From sequence record SRR2962707_495: a DNA stretch of 55,521 bases; one strand, 5' to 3'. The notes below the pieces were generated by a model. That model was not told the origin of the DNA. It did not search any database and was given only the letters and a program-made list of their open reading frames with translations. Positions 18,163 to 27,951 of the stretch are shown here, one piece after another. The translations under genes were made by a program, and so were the position numbers. Position 1 is the stretch's first letter, and each line of letters starts with the position of its first letter.

Positions 18163-19935
18163 ATGGCAACAAGAACTGATCCGAAAAAAGACGTCGTTAT
18201 CATTGGGCTTGGTTGGACCGGCGCGATTATGGGCATGGAATTGGCGCAAGAAGGTCTTGAAATCCTAGCGCTGGAACGCGGTGAAGATCGCAATACGGTT
18301 CCCGATTTCCAATATCCAGATGCTTTCGACGAATTAAAATATGGCATTCGCTACGGCTTGATGCAGAAGCCATCAAAGTCAACGCTGACTATTCGCCGAA
18401 ATGAGCAAGAGACCGCATTGCCTTATCGCAATCTCGGCTCGTTTTTACCAGGCGACGGTGTTGGCGGCGCAGGTGTGCACTGGAACGGCCAAACCTGGCG
18501 TCCACAGGCTGTTGAATATCGATTGCGCAGCTATGTAGAAGAAACCTTTGGCGCTGACATTATCCCAGAAGGCATGCAATTGCAGGATTGGGGCGTGACA
18601 GCAGAAGAGCTAGAACCCTTCCACGCGAAGTTTGAACGCGTGGCCGGCATTTCCGGCAAAGCTGGCAATATTAACGGCGAAATCCAAGAGGGCGGCAACC
18701 CATTTGAAGCGCCGCGCTCAAGCGACTACCCAATGCCTCCATTGAAAAATACATGGGATTCAGAACTCTTTGCTGAAGCTGCCCGCAATATGGGCTATCA
18801 CCCGTTCCCGCGCCCATCAGCTAATGCAAGCACAGCCTATGTTAATGACTACGGCATGCAGATGGGTGCCTGTAATTATTGCGGCTTTTGCGAGCGCTAT
18901 GGCTGCAACAACTATTCTAAATCTTCCCCTCAGGTCTGTATTCTGGACGCGCTGAAACTGAAGCCTAACTTTAACTACAAGACGCGGTGTGAAGTCCTGA
19001 AAATAGAAAAGTCTGCTGATGGCAAAACTTCAACAGGCGTGACCTATTTTGACGAGCGGACAGGCGAAGAGGTTTTCCAGCCTGCTGATCTTGTTTTGGT
19101 CTGCGCTTATTCGCTGCACAATGTGCATTTGCTGCTTCTTTCAGAAATTGGCCAACCTTATGATCCGGCCACCGGCGAAGGTGTGGTTGGTCGCAATTAT
19201 GCCTACCAGATGACCGGCGGTACATCGATGTGGTTTAAGGACAAAACCTTTAACCCGTTTGTTGGTACAGGCTCAGCCGGTATGACAATTGACGATTTTT
19301 CAATGTCACAGATCGACTTTGGCAAAGAGGGCTTTATCGGCGGCAGCTACATTACCGGCGCCCATTCCGGTGGCCGCCCTATTCAACAAATGTCGCTTCC
19401 ACCTAAAACACCCGGCTGGGGCGAAGGTTGGAAGGAAGCCGTGGGTGAATGGTATGGACACAATATGTCTATTGGTTCGCACGGATCCAACATGGCTTAT
19501 CGCGACACCTATCTTGATCTTGATCCTGTCTATAAGGACCGCCATGGCCGTCCATTGATGCGCATGACCTTCGACTGGAAGGCCAACGACATTAAGATGA
19601 CGCAGTTTATGAAGACCAAGATCGAAGGCATCGCCACGAGCATGAAACCTGATGCGATGGCATCTGGCTATAAAGCAGAAGGTGCGGCCTACGATACGCG
19701 GCCATATCAGTCGACCCACAATGTTGGCGGCGCAATCATGGGCACCGATCCTAAAACCTCGGTGATCAACCGCTATTTGCAGAGCTGGGACTGTCACAAT
19801 GTTTGGGTGATGGGTGCTTCGGCATTTCCGCAAAACACACAATACAACCCAACGGGTCCATTGGGCGGTCTCGCCTACTGGGCGGCAGAAGCACTCCGCA
19901 AGGATTATCTGCCGAACCCAAGACCGTTGATGTAA
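18163..19935 (+). CDS. Gluconate 2-dehydrogenase flavoprotein subunit (GMC oxidoreductase)
   Basis: VIIGLGWTG FAD motif, GVGGAGVHWNG, CNYCGFC...GC cysteine cluster, YQSTHNVGG and YNPT. ATG at 18163. Confidence 0.9.
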   Translation: MATRTDPKKDVVIIGLGWTGAIMGMELAQEGLEILALERGEDRNTVPDFQYPDAFDELKYGIRYGLMQKPSKSTLTIRRNEQETALPYRNLGSFLPGDGVGGAGVHWNGQTWRPQAVEYRLRSYVEETFGADIIPEGMQLQDWGVTAEELEPFHAKFERVAGISGKAGNINGEIQEGGNPFEAPRSSDYPMPPLKNTWDSELFAEAARNMGYHPFPRPSANASTAYVNDYGMQMGACNYCGFCERYGCNNYSKSSPQVCILDALKLKPNFNYKTRCEVLKIEKSADGKTSTGVTYFDERTGEEVFQPADLVLVCAYSLHNVHLLLLSEIGQPYDPATGEGVVGRNYAYQMTGGTSMWFKDKTFNPFVGTGSAGMTIDDFSMSQIDFGKEGFIGGSYITGAHSGGRPIQQMSLPPKTPGWGEGWKEAVGEWYGHNMSIGSHGSNMAYRDTYLDLDPVYKDRHGRPLMRMTFDWKANDIKMTQFMKTKIEGIATSMKPDAMASGYKAEGAAYDTRPYQSTHNVGGAIMGTDPKTSVINRYLQSWDCHNVWVMGASAFPQNTQYNPTGPLGGLAYWAAEALRKDYLPNPRPLM

Positions 19936-19947
19936 GGGAAAGATGAT

Positions 19948-21282
19948 ATGAAAACCCTACTCCGCATTATTCTGGGCCTTATCGTTATTGGCCTTGTCGC
20001 GCTCGTCGCGATCATCTTTGTTCCACCGTCAGCGACACCGCCGAATGAAAATTTGGCTGCAGACTGGGCGCCAGCGCCCGGGCAAGGCGAATATGTAACA
20101 CGCATGGCCGATTGTGCAGCCTGTCACACAGCGCCTGACGGCAAGCCATTTGCAGGTGGCCGCGCCATTGATAGTCCGCTTGGCACTATTTGGTCGACCA
20201 ATATTACTGCTGATCCTAAAACCGGCATCGGCAATTGGACGCTCGATCAATTCCGCGCGTCTCTTGTTGATGGCGTAGCGCCCGGCGGTAAACATCTTTA
20301 TCCGGCCATGCCGTATGAAAACTACCGCAAGCTTTCAGAGCAAGATATCCGCTCTATCTTCAGCTACCTTAAAAATGACGTGGAACCTGTCGAATATAAA
20401 GCCGAGACAACTAATTTGGCTTTTCCATTCAATCAGCGTTGGGGCATTCGTGTTTGGAATTGGGCTGCACTGAGCAAAGCGGGCTTTAAACCAACCGACA
20501 AAGTTGCTGGCGATGATGTGCTCACGCGCGGTGCTTATCTCGTGCAAGGCCTTGGCCATTGTGCAGCTTGTCATAGCCCACGTAATACGATTATGGCGCA
20601 AGCAGGTACCAATGGCAGCGATGCTGCGTTTTTATCGGGCGGCGAGCTAGACGGATGGTCTGTGCCGGATTTACGCACGGCCCACGCCGCATTGCAGAAT
20701 TGGTCTGATGCAGATTTGAAAAGTTACTTGCTCACAGGTCGCAACAGCCATTCGGCTGTGGTTGGTGAAATGTCGCTCGTCGTCGAAGATTCGTTGCAAT
20801 ATATGACCGATGAGGACGCGGACGCGATGGTTGCCTATCTGCGCTCAATATCAGATGTCACCCCTACACCGTTACTTGCAGCGCCAGACGATCAATTGGT
20901 TGCTGACCGTGTTGCGGCGGCTGACGATGCCACAAGCACAAAACTTAAAGCGGCAGTTGATCTATCGCTGGGTGAGCGAGTCTACATGGACAATTGTAGC
21001 GCCTGTCACATGATTGATGGTAAGGGCGCATCTGGCGTGTTCCCATCGCTTGTTGGCAATTCTTTGGTTGTCGCTGACAAGACCAAAGGCCTAACGCATG
21101 TGATTTTGAACGGCGCTGAAATGCCTTCAACAAGCGAGCGGCCTTCGCGCTTGCGTATGCCAGCCTTCGATGAACGCCTATCCAACGAAGAACTGGCTGC
21201 ACTTGAGAGCTTCGTGCGCAGTGGCTGGGGCAACAATGCTTCATCGGTGACAGAAGATAATTTATTGGCAGATGAAAAATAA
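19948..21282 (+). CDS. Tri-heme cytochrome c subunit of the membrane-bound dehydrogenase
   Basis: Three CxxCH motifs (CAACH, CAACH, CSACH), an N-terminal TM helix and LYPAMPY. Confidence 0.92.
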   Translation: MKTLLRIILGLIVIGLVALVAIIFVPPSATPPNENLAADWAPAPGQGEYVTRMADCAACHTAPDGKPFAGGRAIDSPLGTIWSTNITADPKTGIGNWTLDQFRASLVDGVAPGGKHLYPAMPYENYRKLSEQDIRSIFSYLKNDVEPVEYKAETTNLAFPFNQRWGIRVWNWAALSKAGFKPTDKVAGDDVLTRGAYLVQGLGHCAACHSPRNTIMAQAGTNGSDAAFLSGGELDGWSVPDLRTAHAALQNWSDADLKSYLLTGRNSHSAVVGEMSLVVEDSLQYMTDEDADAMVAYLRSISDVTPTPLLAAPDDQLVADRVAAADDATSTKLKAAVDLSLGERVYMDNCSACHMIDGKGASGVFPSLVGNSLVVADKTKGLTHVILNGAEMPSTSERPSRLRMPAFDERLSNEELAALESFVRSGWGNNASSVTEDNLLADEK

Positions 21283-21284
21283 GC

Positions 21285-21325
21285 AAAAAAATTATGGGCC
21301 TAGCAATAGGCCCATAATGCTTTTC
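21285..21325. terminator. Bidirectional intrinsic terminator
   Basis: ATTATGGGCCTA-GCAA-TAGGCCCATAAT (21291-21318), with an A-run before and a T-run after, between convergent operons. Confidence 0.85.
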
Positions 21326-21343
21326 TAGAATGTGAAAAAGCTT

Positions 21344-22057
21344 CTACAGCGTTTCAAACAGCAGCGATTGTAACTCTTGGTGATTCATCGCGATTTTATT
21401 GGCCCCTGCATTTCGCAAAACTGCGCCGTGACTATCTGTGTCAGAGGCAAGGTGAGAGCCACCTAAAAATCCAATACATTTCGTATGCGCGGCAGCTGCA
21501 GCTTTTACACCGGCCGTGGCATCTTCAACCACGATACATTGATCTATCGCCACGTCCATTTGCTCAGCGGCATATAGAAATAAATCTGGCGCTGGTTTGC
21601 CGCGCTTTACCATTTCTGCGCTAAATACATTCGTCGAAAAGCGCTCCGCCAGCCCAAGGCAATCAAGCGCGAATGCGATGCGATTGGGCGCACCGCCCGA
21701 ACCGATGCAATAAGGAACCTTGGCTTCATCGAGCAGATCGAGCGTTTTATCAACACCTGAAACCGGCTTTAACTCTTTGGCAAAGCGTGTGAAAAGGCGC
21801 TGATGCCAAACATCGGGAAAATCTTCACCGCAGATTTCGCCTGTCTCTTTTGTTAAAAAATCCATATGCGCGCGTGTCGACGCACCAAGAAAAAGTGTGC
21901 ACGCGCGCTCATAATCAATATCAGCGCCGCGCACCACCATTTCAGCGACCAGCTCTTCGATCGCGATGCGCTCGCTGTCAGCAATCACACCGTCAAAATC
22001 GAAGATCACAAGGCCAGGTGCCACCTTACCGATGGCACCTTTTTTATCACTCACCAT
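21344..22057 (-). CDS. HAD-superfamily phosphatase (class IA)
   Basis: IFDFDGVIADSE, GKPAPDLF and VVEDA. Overlaps the end of the ALDH gene. Confidence 0.88.
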   Translation of the reverse strand: MVSDKKGAIGKVAPGLVIFDFDGVIADSERIAIEELVAEMVVRGADIDYERACTLFLGASTRAHMDFLTKETGEICGEDFPDVWHQRLFTRFAKELKPVSGVDKTLDLLDEAKVPYCIGSGGAPNRIAFALDCLGLAERFSTNVFSAEMVKRGKPAPDLFLYAAEQMDVAIDQCIVVEDATAGVKAAAAAHTKCIGFLGGSHLASDTDSHGAVLRNAGANKIAMNHQELQSLLFETL

Positions 22058-24431
22058 AAGGCAACCAAATCGTTTTGATTTGCGTCGCACGGCGCAAGAA
22101 TTCACGGCCCTGACCAAGCGTATCGTCAAGCCAATCGCGCTCAAACCCGCCATCGGTCCAGACAGCTTTCAGATTGCCCGTCGAGCCTTCTTCGACCATC
22201 TTGATGCTTTCCTGATTGCCGCAATACCAAAGGGCCGCAACTTCATCATGCTCGGCGAGCGTTTTGGCAAGCACATCGCGTTCGCCTGTGATCAAGTTGA
22301 TCACGCCGCCCGGCACATCAGATGTTTCCAAAACCTGATAGAGTTTCGATGCCAAAAGTGGATGCGCCTGCGATGCTATAACGACAGTCCGGTTACCCAT
22401 CGCCACAGCTGGCAAGATAAGAGACATCATCGACAACAATGGCATTTCGTCTGGACACACGATGCCCATAACGCCCCAAGCTTCTGGCATGGCTAGTGTC
22501 ACATGCTTTGATTTTGTTGCATGAACAGCGCCGTCAAATTTGTCAGCTTGCGCCGCATAATAGAAGCAGCGGCGAATTGTCTGTTCGACTTCTGACGCGG
22601 CAGACTTTGCTGATGCGCCGGTGCTGGCGATCAAAAGATCCGTCAATTCAGCGCGGCGCTGCGCCATATTTTCAGCCACGTAATACAACACCTGCGCACG
22701 GTTATGGGCTGTTACCCCTGACCATCCGCCCGCTTTAGCAGCCGCTTCAACGGCATTTCTAATGTCTTTGCGGTTACCTAGTGCAGCCTGCCCGATGACA
22801 CCGGACTTGCCCATCACATTGTAGCTTTGGCCGCAATCAGCGCGCGCCTGCTTGCCGCCAATATACATCTTGGCCGTGATGTCGATTTCGGGGCGGTCGC
22901 TTTTGCCCAAATGAGGTTCGACGCTTACATCAATTGATTTTGCAGCGCGTGCTTTTCCTTTTTTAGAAGGTGTCGCAACGAGGTATTCATAGAGGCCTTC
23001 ACGCGCACCTTCGCGGCCATATCCGCTCTCACGGTAACCACCAAAGGCGGCGCCAGCGTCAAACAGATTGGTCGCGTTAATCCACACGATACCCGCTTTC
23101 ACTTTAGCGCTGATTTCGATGGCACGGTCGATGTTCTGGCTCCAAATTGAAGCTGAAAGACCGTAGCGGCTATGATTTGCAATATCGAGCGCTTCTGACG
23201 GCGTTCTAAATGTCATCATGCTGGCGACAGGGCCAAAAATTTCCGTTTCATTGACCGTATGAGCTGGCTCTGTGCCTGTGAAAAATGCTGGTGCACAGAA
23301 GCTGCCTTTTTGCGGCAATGTCGCTTTTGACTGGTGCAAAACTGCGCCTTCTTCTTCGCCCTTTTTAACAAGCGCATTGATGCGGCTTAACTGTGTTTGG
23401 GACACGACTGCACCAACATCCATGGTTTTGTCTAAAGGATCGCCGATGCGTAGTTTTTGCAAGCGGGTATCTAGTTTTGCATAAAACAGGTCAGCAATAC
23501 CTTCTTGCACGAGAACGCGGGTTCCAGCGCAGCAGACTTCACCTTGGTTAAACCATACGGCATCAACCACGCCTTCAACGGCGGCGTCTAAATCAGCATC
23601 TTCAAAAACGATGAACGGTGATTTGCCGCCAAGTTCAAGCGACAGCTTTTTGCCAGACCCAGCAGTTTGCTTGCGGATCATACGGCCAACAGCCGTTGAC
23701 CCTGTAAAGGCAACCTTATCAACATCGCTGTGGCCTGTAATCATAGAGCCGGTTTCACCGTCTCCATGCACCAGATTAACAACACCTGCAGGCAGGCCAA
23801 TGTCCACGCAAATTTCGGCAAAAGCTTGTGCTGTCAGCGGTGTTAAATCGGCAGGCTTTAACACGACGGTGTTACCGGCTGCCAAAGCGGGTGCAATTTT
23901 CCAAGCCAGCATCAGCAATGGAAAGTTCCACGGGATCACTTGCCCGCAAACACCCACGGCCTGAAAACCAGGATATTCACTTTCTAGCAAATCAGCCCAG
24001 CCTGCGTGGTGATAGAAATGACGCGCAGCGAGAGGAATATCTATATCGCGGGTTTCGCGAATGGTTTTGCCATTGTCCATCGTTTCCAAAACAGACAGGA
24101 AGCGTTCGCGTTTTTGGATATGGCGCGCAATCGCATAAAGATATTTAGCGCGCTCATAGCCGGGCAAAGCAGACCATTTAGGAAAGGCTGCGCGCGCTGC
24201 GGCAACCGCTGCATCCACATCATCCTCAGTGCCCTTTGCCAACTTGGCAATCACGCTGTCATTTGCAGGATTGAGCACATCGCTCATTGGGCCAGATGGG
24301 GCAACAAATTTACCGTTAATGAAGTGGCCAATGCCGCCATCATGATTTTTCAACCAAGTTTTGACTTCAGCATTGCTTTCGGGAGCTGGACCATATTCCA
24401 TTGTTTCCATAATTTCCTTGATAGAAGGCAT
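22047..24431 (-). CDS. Extended aldehyde dehydrogenase (ALDH16-type, 794 aa, extra C-terminal Rossmann-like domain)
   Basis: IPWNFP, FTGST, LELGGKSP, FNQGEVCCAG (catalytic Cys) and EIFGP, followed by a second partial ALDH NAD-binding domain. Confidence 0.9.
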   Translation of the reverse strand: MPSIKEIMETMEYGPAPESNAEVKTWLKNHDGGIGHFINGKFVAPSGPMSDVLNPANDSVIAKLAKGTEDDVDAAVAAARAAFPKWSALPGYERAKYLYAIARHIQKRERFLSVLETMDNGKTIRETRDIDIPLAARHFYHHAGWADLLESEYPGFQAVGVCGQVIPWNFPLLMLAWKIAPALAAGNTVVLKPADLTPLTAQAFAEICVDIGLPAGVVNLVHGDGETGSMITGHSDVDKVAFTGSTAVGRMIRKQTAGSGKKLSLELGGKSPFIVFEDADLDAAVEGVVDAVWFNQGEVCCAGTRVLVQEGIADLFYAKLDTRLQKLRIGDPLDKTMDVGAVVSQTQLSRINALVKKGEEEGAVLHQSKATLPQKGSFCAPAFFTGTEPAHTVNETEIFGPVASMMTFRTPSEALDIANHSRYGLSASIWSQNIDRAIEISAKVKAGIVWINATNLFDAGAAFGGYRESGYGREGAREGLYEYLVATPSKKGKARAAKSIDVSVEPHLGKSDRPEIDITAKMYIGGKQARADCGQSYNVMGKSGVIGQAALGNRKDIRNAVEAAAKAGGWSGVTAHNRAQVLYYVAENMAQRRAELTDLLIASTGASAKSAASEVEQTIRRCFYYAAQADKFDGAVHATKSKHVTLAMPEAWGVMGIVCPDEMPLLSMMSLILPAVAMGNRTVVIASQAHPLLASKLYQVLETSDVPGGVINLITGERDVLAKTLAEHDEVAALWYCGNQESIKMVEEGSTGNLKAVWTDGGFERDWLDDTLGQGREFLRRATQIKTIWLPYGE

Positions 24432-24440
24432 GTTTCGTCC

Positions 24441-25394
24441 TCAAGCCATAGCGTGGCGGTTAGAAGCCGAGTAACGGCCCGTAATGTGATGTTCAAGTTG
24501 GCGCTCAATATCGCCTAAAAGCGAACTCGCACCGATGCGGAAAAGGTCATTTTCAAGCCAGCGTGTTCCCAGCTCTTCTTTCATCATGACCTGCCAAGCG
24601 ATGGCGTTTTTCGCCGTCGAAATACCGCCAGCTGGTTTAAAGCCAACAATCTGACCTGTTTGATCACGGAAATCGCGCAGCGCACGCACCATTGTAATCG
24701 ATACTGGAAGCGTGGCGTTGACGCTTTCTTTGCCTGTCGAGGTTTTGATAAAATCAGCCCCAGCCTGCATAGCAATCATGGATGCCTTATAGACATTTGT
24801 GAGTGTCTGCAGATCGCCGGTCGCCAAAATCGCTTTAAGATGTGCATCACCGCACGCTTCACGCATGGCGCTAATCTCATCATAAAGCGCTTGCCAATTG
24901 CCGGTTAGAACGTGTTCGCGGGTAATGACGATATCAATCTCGCGCGCGCCTTGTTCAACCGCATAGCGGATCTCTGCAAGACGTGTTGGCAATGGCGTTA
25001 GGCCCGCTGGAAAACCTGTCGCGACAGAGGCAACAGGAATATTGCTGCCCTCAAGCGCTTTGACCGCATGGCCTACCATCGTTGGATAGACGCAGACGGC
25101 ACCGGTGGTAATGCCTTCCACGCCCAATGCTTCCAATATGTCTTCACGCACAGGACGGCGCGCTTTCGCGCATAATCTGTTTACGCGGCCCGCAGTATCA
25201 TCGCCGGCCAATGTTGTTAGGTCGATGCAGGTGATGGCTTTTAAAAGCCAAGCGGCTTGCCATTCCTTTTTGACAGAGCGGCGACCACCAAGTGAATCGG
25301 CTCTGCGCTGCGTGGCGCTTAGATTGACGATTTTGCCGTCAATCGCTTCAGGCGTAAAAGCTGTGCCTGTCATTCGGGGAAAGTCATGTGTCAT
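24441..25394 (-). CDS. deoC: Deoxyribose-phosphate aldolase, long form
   Basis: WLLKAITCIDLTTLAGDDT, GAREIDIVI, GADFIKTSTGK, GFKPAGGI and FRIGASSLL. Confidence 0.93.
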   Translation of the reverse strand: MTHDFPRMTGTAFTPEAIDGKIVNLSATQRRADSLGGRRSVKKEWQAAWLLKAITCIDLTTLAGDDTAGRVNRLCAKARRPVREDILEALGVEGITTGAVCVYPTMVGHAVKALEGSNIPVASVATGFPAGLTPLPTRLAEIRYAVEQGAREIDIVITREHVLTGNWQALYDEISAMREACGDAHLKAILATGDLQTLTNVYKASMIAMQAGADFIKTSTGKESVNATLPVSITMVRALRDFRDQTGQIVGFKPAGGISTAKNAIAWQVMMKEELGTRWLENDLFRIGASSLLGDIERQLEHHITGRYSASNRHAMA

Positions 25395-25415
25395 CGCATA
25401 AATGTCCTTTGTCTG

Positions 25416-26417
25416 TCACCCGCGCCCGCGGCGAATGTCAATAAAGCGATTTAGAAGGATCGCCGCAATAATAATAATGCCAGTCACGGTCATCTGATAG
25501 AAAGAGCCAAGCCCCAGCAAATTGAAAATGTTGCGCAATACCTGAAGCAACATAACAGCGAATGCGGTTCCCAAAATGCTGCCACGTCCGCCAAATAGCG
25601 ACGTACCACCAAGAACAACAGCAGCAATGGCGTCAAGTTCAAGGCCTTGGCCAGCTGTTGGTTGGCCAATGCGCAAACGCGAAGTAAGCAGCAAACCGGC
25701 CAAAGCGCTCATGACACCTGATACGGCAAACACAGCAACAATGATGCGGCGTGTTGGAATGCCAGAAAGGCGTGCGGCTTCTGGATTGCCGCCGGTGGCA
25801 TAGATGCTTTCACCAAAGACTGTCTTGCTGAGCAAGAGGCCTGCAAGCACGCATAATATGGTGAAGATCAAACCCATTGAACTTATCTGAAAGCCCGGGA
25901 AAATTGGCACCATGGTTGACGAGAATGCAGCAAATGCAGTTGGCAGACCTGAAACAGGTACGCCTTCCGTGGTCAAATAAGTTAGGCCGCGAAAGGAGAC
26001 CAAACCCGCAAGTGTAACGATAAAGCTTGGCACCTGCGCATAGGCACTCAATGAGCCCATAAATGCACCGCAAATACCGCCTGCACAAATCGTCAGCAGA
26101 ATTGCGAAGATGATCGGCATGCCGCTCGCCAATAAAATAGCGGCAATCATACCGCAGAGTGCAACGACACTGCCAACTGACAGGTCAATATTGCCGGTCA
26201 AAATAACAAATGTCATGCCAATGGCGACAATGCCAACCACGGCCGCTTGCTGGAAAAGATTTGAAATGTTGGTTGCTGTCAAAAAGTTTTCAGACAATGA
26301 CGAGGCGACCAAAACGACAAATAGAAAGATAGCAATAAAGTTATATTCTATTACGAGGTCGAGCAGACGCCGCGCCAGTGACGGCGTGCCGTCCAGTTCA
26401 TTTGTAATGTCAGCCAT
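25416..26417 (-). CDS. Monosaccharide ABC permease (RbsC-like)
   Basis: GMTFVILTGNIDLSVGS, GGNPEAARLSGI and ELDAIAAVVLGGTSLFGGRG. Confidence 0.92.
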   Translation of the reverse strand: MADITNELDGTPSLARRLLDLVIEYNFIAIFLFVVLVASSLSENFLTATNISNLFQQAAVVGIVAIGMTFVILTGNIDLSVGSVVALCGMIAAILLASGMPIIFAILLTICAGGICGAFMGSLSAYAQVPSFIVTLAGLVSFRGLTYLTTEGVPVSGLPTAFAAFSSTMVPIFPGFQISSMGLIFTILCVLAGLLLSKTVFGESIYATGGNPEAARLSGIPTRRIIVAVFAVSGVMSALAGLLLTSRLRIGQPTAGQGLELDAIAAVVLGGTSLFGGRGSILGTAFAVMLLQVLRNIFNLLGLGSFYQMTVTGIIIIAAILLNRFIDIRRGRG

Positions 26418-27951
26418 CTATCGCTACTCCCGAATATTCGCCAAGTATCTGGCATTTTAAAATTGTGTCCTGATCTGTTTCAGATGGATTGTACTGGGCG
26501 ATGTTGCGCCCTTCGTGGAACACCCAAATTGAATCACAGGCTGCATAAAGTTCTTCAAGTTCAGAGGACGCGACGATGATGGCAGCGCCATCACGCGCCA
26601 ATCCATCGACCAAATTATAGAGATCGGCTTTTGCGCTAATGTCGAGACCGCGTGAAGGCTCATCGAGCAGCAGTAATTGCGACCCTTTGATAATCCACTT
26701 GGCCAAAACGACCTTCTGCTGATTGCCGCCAGAGAGCTGCACGACATTTTGTTCTGGTCGGCCATATTTTGTCGCCAATTGATCAAGCACTGGTACAGCG
26801 CGTTTTTTCTGCAGGCCATGACGTGCCCAGAACTTACCCTGCATCGAAGGCAAAGTCGCATTCTTATAAATCGGAGACTGAAGGATCAGGCCCTTTGTTT
26901 TGCGGTCTTCCGGCACCAAGCCGAAACCATTTTGGATCGCATCGCGCGGGCTTTTCGGCGCATAGGTTTTGCCGTCCAGCGTCATCTCTGCTTCATGGGT
27001 GCGCGCACCAAACAAAGACATGAGGAACGACGTGCGCCCTGATCCGTTAAGGCCAGTTAATCCTATAATTTCGCCGCGTCGCAATTTAAAATCTTGAATA
27101 TCAAGACCTTGCGCGCCGCGCAAACGCTTAATATCAAGAACCACGTCTCCAGTGACAGGTGCGCGATCCTTGCGCTCAATTAGCTGGCGGTCTTTGCCCA
27201 TAATCGCTTCAACCAAAGCGCTATCGGGCGTTCCTTCAACATCAAAAGTTTCAATCGTGCGCCCGCCGCGCAATACGGTTACGCGATCACCAATTTCTCG
27301 CAATTCACCAAGACGGTGGCTCACATAAACAATGGCCACACCTTGGGACGTAAGTTCGCGGATAACTTCAAAAACGGACTCTAGCTCTTTTTCATTTAGA
27401 GCCGCAGAAGGCTCATCCATGATGATAATCTTGGCTTCACGCGTCAAAGAACGCGCAATTGCCGTCAGTTGCTGGTTAGCGATTGAGAGGCTGCCGACCT
27501 TAACATCTGGACCAAAGCTCGCGCCGACACGTTTCAGCGCTTTTTCTGCTTCAAGGCGGCGCTTTTTCGCATTCAAAATACCATTTTTGCTGGGCGGATG
27601 ACCCAAAAATAAATTTTGCGCCACGGTCAATTGCGGCACCAGATCAAGTTCCTGATAGATCATCGAAATGCCAGCCTCAGTCGCTTCTGACGGCGTGCGG
27701 AACTTCATCAACTTGCCTTCGACGCGAATTTCGCCGGAGGTCGGCATCATGGCACCGGCAACGAGTTTTAAGAATGTCGATTTACCCGCACCATTGGCGC
27801 CCAAAAGGCAATGTACTTCGCCCTTGCGCACATCAATGCCAGCATCTGCAAGCGCAACAACATTGGGCGGAAAACGCTTTGAGATGTGACGGATCGAAAG
27901 CACATTTTGCTCCTGATCGACAGTTTCTTTTGTTTGCATAGCGACTGTCAT
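26410..27951 (-). CDS. Monosaccharide ABC ATPase with tandem domains (RbsA-like)
   Basis: GANGAGKST, MDEPS, LSGGNQQKV and LLDEPSRG. Confidence 0.93.
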   Translation of the reverse strand: MTVAMQTKETVDQEQNVLSIRHISKRFPPNVVALADAGIDVRKGEVHCLLGANGAGKSTFLKLVAGAMMPTSGEIRVEGKLMKFRTPSEATEAGISMIYQELDLVPQLTVAQNLFLGHPPSKNGILNAKKRRLEAEKALKRVGASFGPDVKVGSLSIANQQLTAIARSLTREAKIIIMDEPSAALNEKELESVFEVIRELTSQGVAIVYVSHRLGELREIGDRVTVLRGGRTIETFDVEGTPDSALVEAIMGKDRQLIERKDRAPVTGDVVLDIKRLRGAQGLDIQDFKLRRGEIIGLTGLNGSGRTSFLMSLFGARTHEAEMTLDGKTYAPKSPRDAIQNGFGLVPEDRKTKGLILQSPIYKNATLPSMQGKFWARHGLQKKRAVPVLDQLATKYGRPEQNVVQLSGGNQQKVVLAKWIIKGSQLLLLDEPSRGLDISAKADLYNLVDGLARDGAAIIVASSELEELYAACDSIWVFHEGRNIAQYNPSETDQDTILKCQILGEYSGVAIDG

